From: an archaeon | GTDB taxonomy: Archaea > EX4484-52 > B79-G9 | Assembly (NCBI GenBank): GCA_043813875.1 | Contig: JBDRKP010000086.1 | Coordinates: 1 to 16,880, forward strand | Reading direction: 5' to 3' | DNA: 16,880 nucleotides | Shown: piece after piece, positions 15,469-16,880 of the stretch | How positions within the stretch are numbered: the stretch's first letter is position 1 | How the letters are laid out: each line of letters opens with the position of its first letter | Notes under the pieces: model-generated | Database searches by the model: none | What the model was told of the DNA's origin: nothing | What the model saw: only the letters and a program-made list of their open reading frames with translations | Position numbers and translations under genes: made by a program

Positions 15469-16176
15469 CTATTTTTTGACCAATATCTGCCTGATTTTCT
15501 CTACTATGTCGTCTTTTTCGTGGAAGATGTGCCAATTGTTTTTTTCCGCTATGTCTTTTAAGTGATGGTTGGGGTTCAGGGCTATCGGATGGCCGACCAG
15601 CGCAAGGTATTCTATGTCTGCGTCGGAGTCGCCGAAGGCGAATGAGTTTTTCAGGTCGATATCCAGTTTCTTTGTTATTGATAACTGTGCTTTCTGCTTT
15701 GAGTTCTTCACGAGGAGATTGGTCTTTATTTTCCCTGTGTAGATGCCGTTTTTTGTCTCCAGGACTGTCCCGAAAACGTGGCTGAAGGGGATGTGCTTTT
15801 TTAATGCAGCTACAGGCTCTATCGGGGATGCGCTTATGGCTATCAGCACGGTATGTTTTTTCAGGAGATCTATCAGTTCGTCGGTATATGCATATTTCTT
15901 TTTTATGTGGTCTACTATGAAATCGCATGATTTCTGTTCGATCAGTGATTTTTTTTTGCCTTTCAGGGCCTCTGCGTAAATCTTCAGTATCCTTTTTCCT
16001 GCTTCGCGGTAGGGGATGAAGTTTATTTCGTATTCCACGATTATCTTTATTATGTTTAGAATGTGCTTTTCTTCGAATAATCCGACTTTATGAAGGTATC
16101 TTGGGAAGTCGAATATCATCTGGCTCTTTATCAAGGTGCCGTCGATGTCGAAGAAGGTTGCGCGTCTCATGGTCAT
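15469..16176 (-). CDS. HAD-IB family hydrolase (SerB-like), copy 2
   Basis: Same motifs as copy 1. Start at ATG 16176 (1 nt after the upstream stop) or 16170 (matches copy 1 length). The listed 16239 start lies inside the upstream gene. Confidence 0.9.
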   Translation of the reverse strand: MTMRRATFFDIDGTLIKSQMIFDFPRYLHKVGLFEEKHILNIIKIIVEYEINFIPYREAGKRILKIYAEALKGKKKSLIEQKSCDFIVDHIKKKYAYTDELIDLLKKHTVLIAISASPIEPVAALKKHIPFSHVFGTVLETKNGIYTGKIKTNLLVKNSKQKAQLSITKKLDIDLKNSFAFGDSDADIEYLALVGHPIALNPNHHLKDIAEKNNWHIFHEKDDIVEKIRQILVKK

Positions 16177-16177
16177 T

Positions 16178-16795
16178 TTATCGCCTTTTTGTGTCATCTG
16201 ACTTAGCCGATTTGTCAGTACTGCCTGTTTTAAATTCAAAACTTGTTATTTCTGCGCCATATTGATTACCTGATTTTGTAGTAAGCATGAATTTTTGTAG
16301 GTCATTGAATGAGTCAGGCATAATACGCGATGAACCCAAAAAATAAAATGCCGGCTCAATTATTTTTGCCTTATATTTATTCCTTTCGATATATCTTGTT
16401 TCATTACTTTTTGTTTGAGGAATATCATCAACTAGGCGATGAGTTATTTGTCTTCTTATTTCCTTGTCCGCCTCACGAGGCAAATTCTCTCGTAGAAATT
16501 CACAGAAATGATGAGAATCCCCCTCGAAAATTTTTCTAAGTAAATCATCTGGTTCTTTGTGAAGCTTACTCTCTACTAGAGTTATGTAAAATAAACAATC
16601 ATAAACATCCTGAAATTTCTTTTTTAGTATCAGCAGCTTTAATAGAATCAATGCACTCTTTAAATTAATATCTTTGTTTTCTACAGAAGTATTATATTTA
16701 AGTTTCTTATCCAAATTGACTAATCGCATTTCCCATTCCGTGAATAACCCGCCCATAAATGGGCGGGCGTCTCGACATTGGTTAAATTGGTTCAT
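16178..16795 (-). CDS. Hypothetical protein (AT-rich, 205 aa)
   Basis: Long ORF. Its ATG overlaps the TGA of an upstream frame (ATGA) and its stop abuts the HAD copy 2 start. No motif recognised. Confidence 0.7.
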   Translation of the reverse strand: MNQFNQCRDARPFMGGLFTEWEMRLVNLDKKLKYNTSVENKDINLKSALILLKLLILKKKFQDVYDCLFYITLVESKLHKEPDDLLRKIFEGDSHHFCEFLRENLPREADKEIRRQITHRLVDDIPQTKSNETRYIERNKYKAKIIEPAFYFLGSSRIMPDSFNDLQKFMLTTKSGNQYGAEITSFEFKTGSTDKSAKSDDTKRR

Positions 16796-16880
16796 GACGC
16801 AAACTCGAGCAACGAATGTTGCTTGCTGTTTTTCTCCTCATCCCAATGCTTTTTCTGCGACTCTTTGACATAATGTCCTA
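16792..16880 (-). CDS. 3' end of an upstream gene (5'-partial) ending in a PIP-box-like motif
   Basis: The minus frame from 16878 reads GHYVKESQKKHWDEEKNSKQHSLLEFAS*. It is open to the window edge and its TGA (16794-16792) overlaps the next ATG. Confidence 0.6.
   Translation of the reverse strand, partial: GHYVKESQKKHWDEEKNSKQHSLLEFAS

Larger units (their letters stand above)
12113..16170 (-). repeat. Dispersed direct repeat: two 702-nt HAD-IB gene copies (12113-12814 and 15469-16170), offset 3356 nt
   Basis: Ungapped alignment from MRRA to the stop shows 34 of 233 aa differences by manual count and many synonymous changes. Similarity is essentially limited to the CDS. Confidence 0.95.

Noticed and set aside
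15380..15928. 182-aa alternative-frame ORF
   Set aside because: Out-of-frame overlap with HAD copy 2, with an Arg/His-rich composition typical of a shifted frame.
12113..16170. HAD duplicates as a diversity-generating retroelement TR/VR pair
   Set aside because: Differences are not adenine-specific (e.g. CTG/TTG, TTT/TTC, CAC/CAT), span whole intact genes, and no reverse transcriptase is in the window.
16796..16880. TGA readthrough or recoding extending the 205-aa ORF upstream
   Set aside because: A different frame gives a more plausible gene end with an ATGA overlap, and TGA is used as a normal stop elsewhere (phoU, trm56, SWIM).

Overview
Archaeal chromosomal segment. It carries aTrm56, Taw1/TYW1, an AbrB-PhoU regulator, and TATA boxes about 21-30 nt upstream of many start codons. 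The gene style suggests a DPANN-type lineage, which is inference only. Left part: MFS transporter, GCS2-type carboxylate-amine ligase, PhoU regulator with a repeat-rich promoter, and a paralogous pair of pilin-like/secreted Cys-motif proteins. Middle: three tRNA-maturation genes (rnz, taw1, trm56) interrupted by an AT-richer, tightly coupled four-gene operon. That operon encodes a protein in register with IS200/IS605 Y1 transposases but lacking the HUH and catalytic Tyr, a Zn-finger protein, a SWIM-finger protein and a pRiA4b ORF3-family protein. Right part: two equal-length HAD-IB paralogs (about 85% aa identity by manual count) in direct orientation bracket a radical SAM/Twitch enzyme, an ECF S-component-like membrane protein and a HAD-IA phosphatase. 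The window ends in the C-terminus of an upstream gene, absent from the ORF track, that carries a PIP-box-like motif. No rRNA, tRNA, CRISPR array or intact IS was seen. All family calls come from motif recognition by eye, not database searches.
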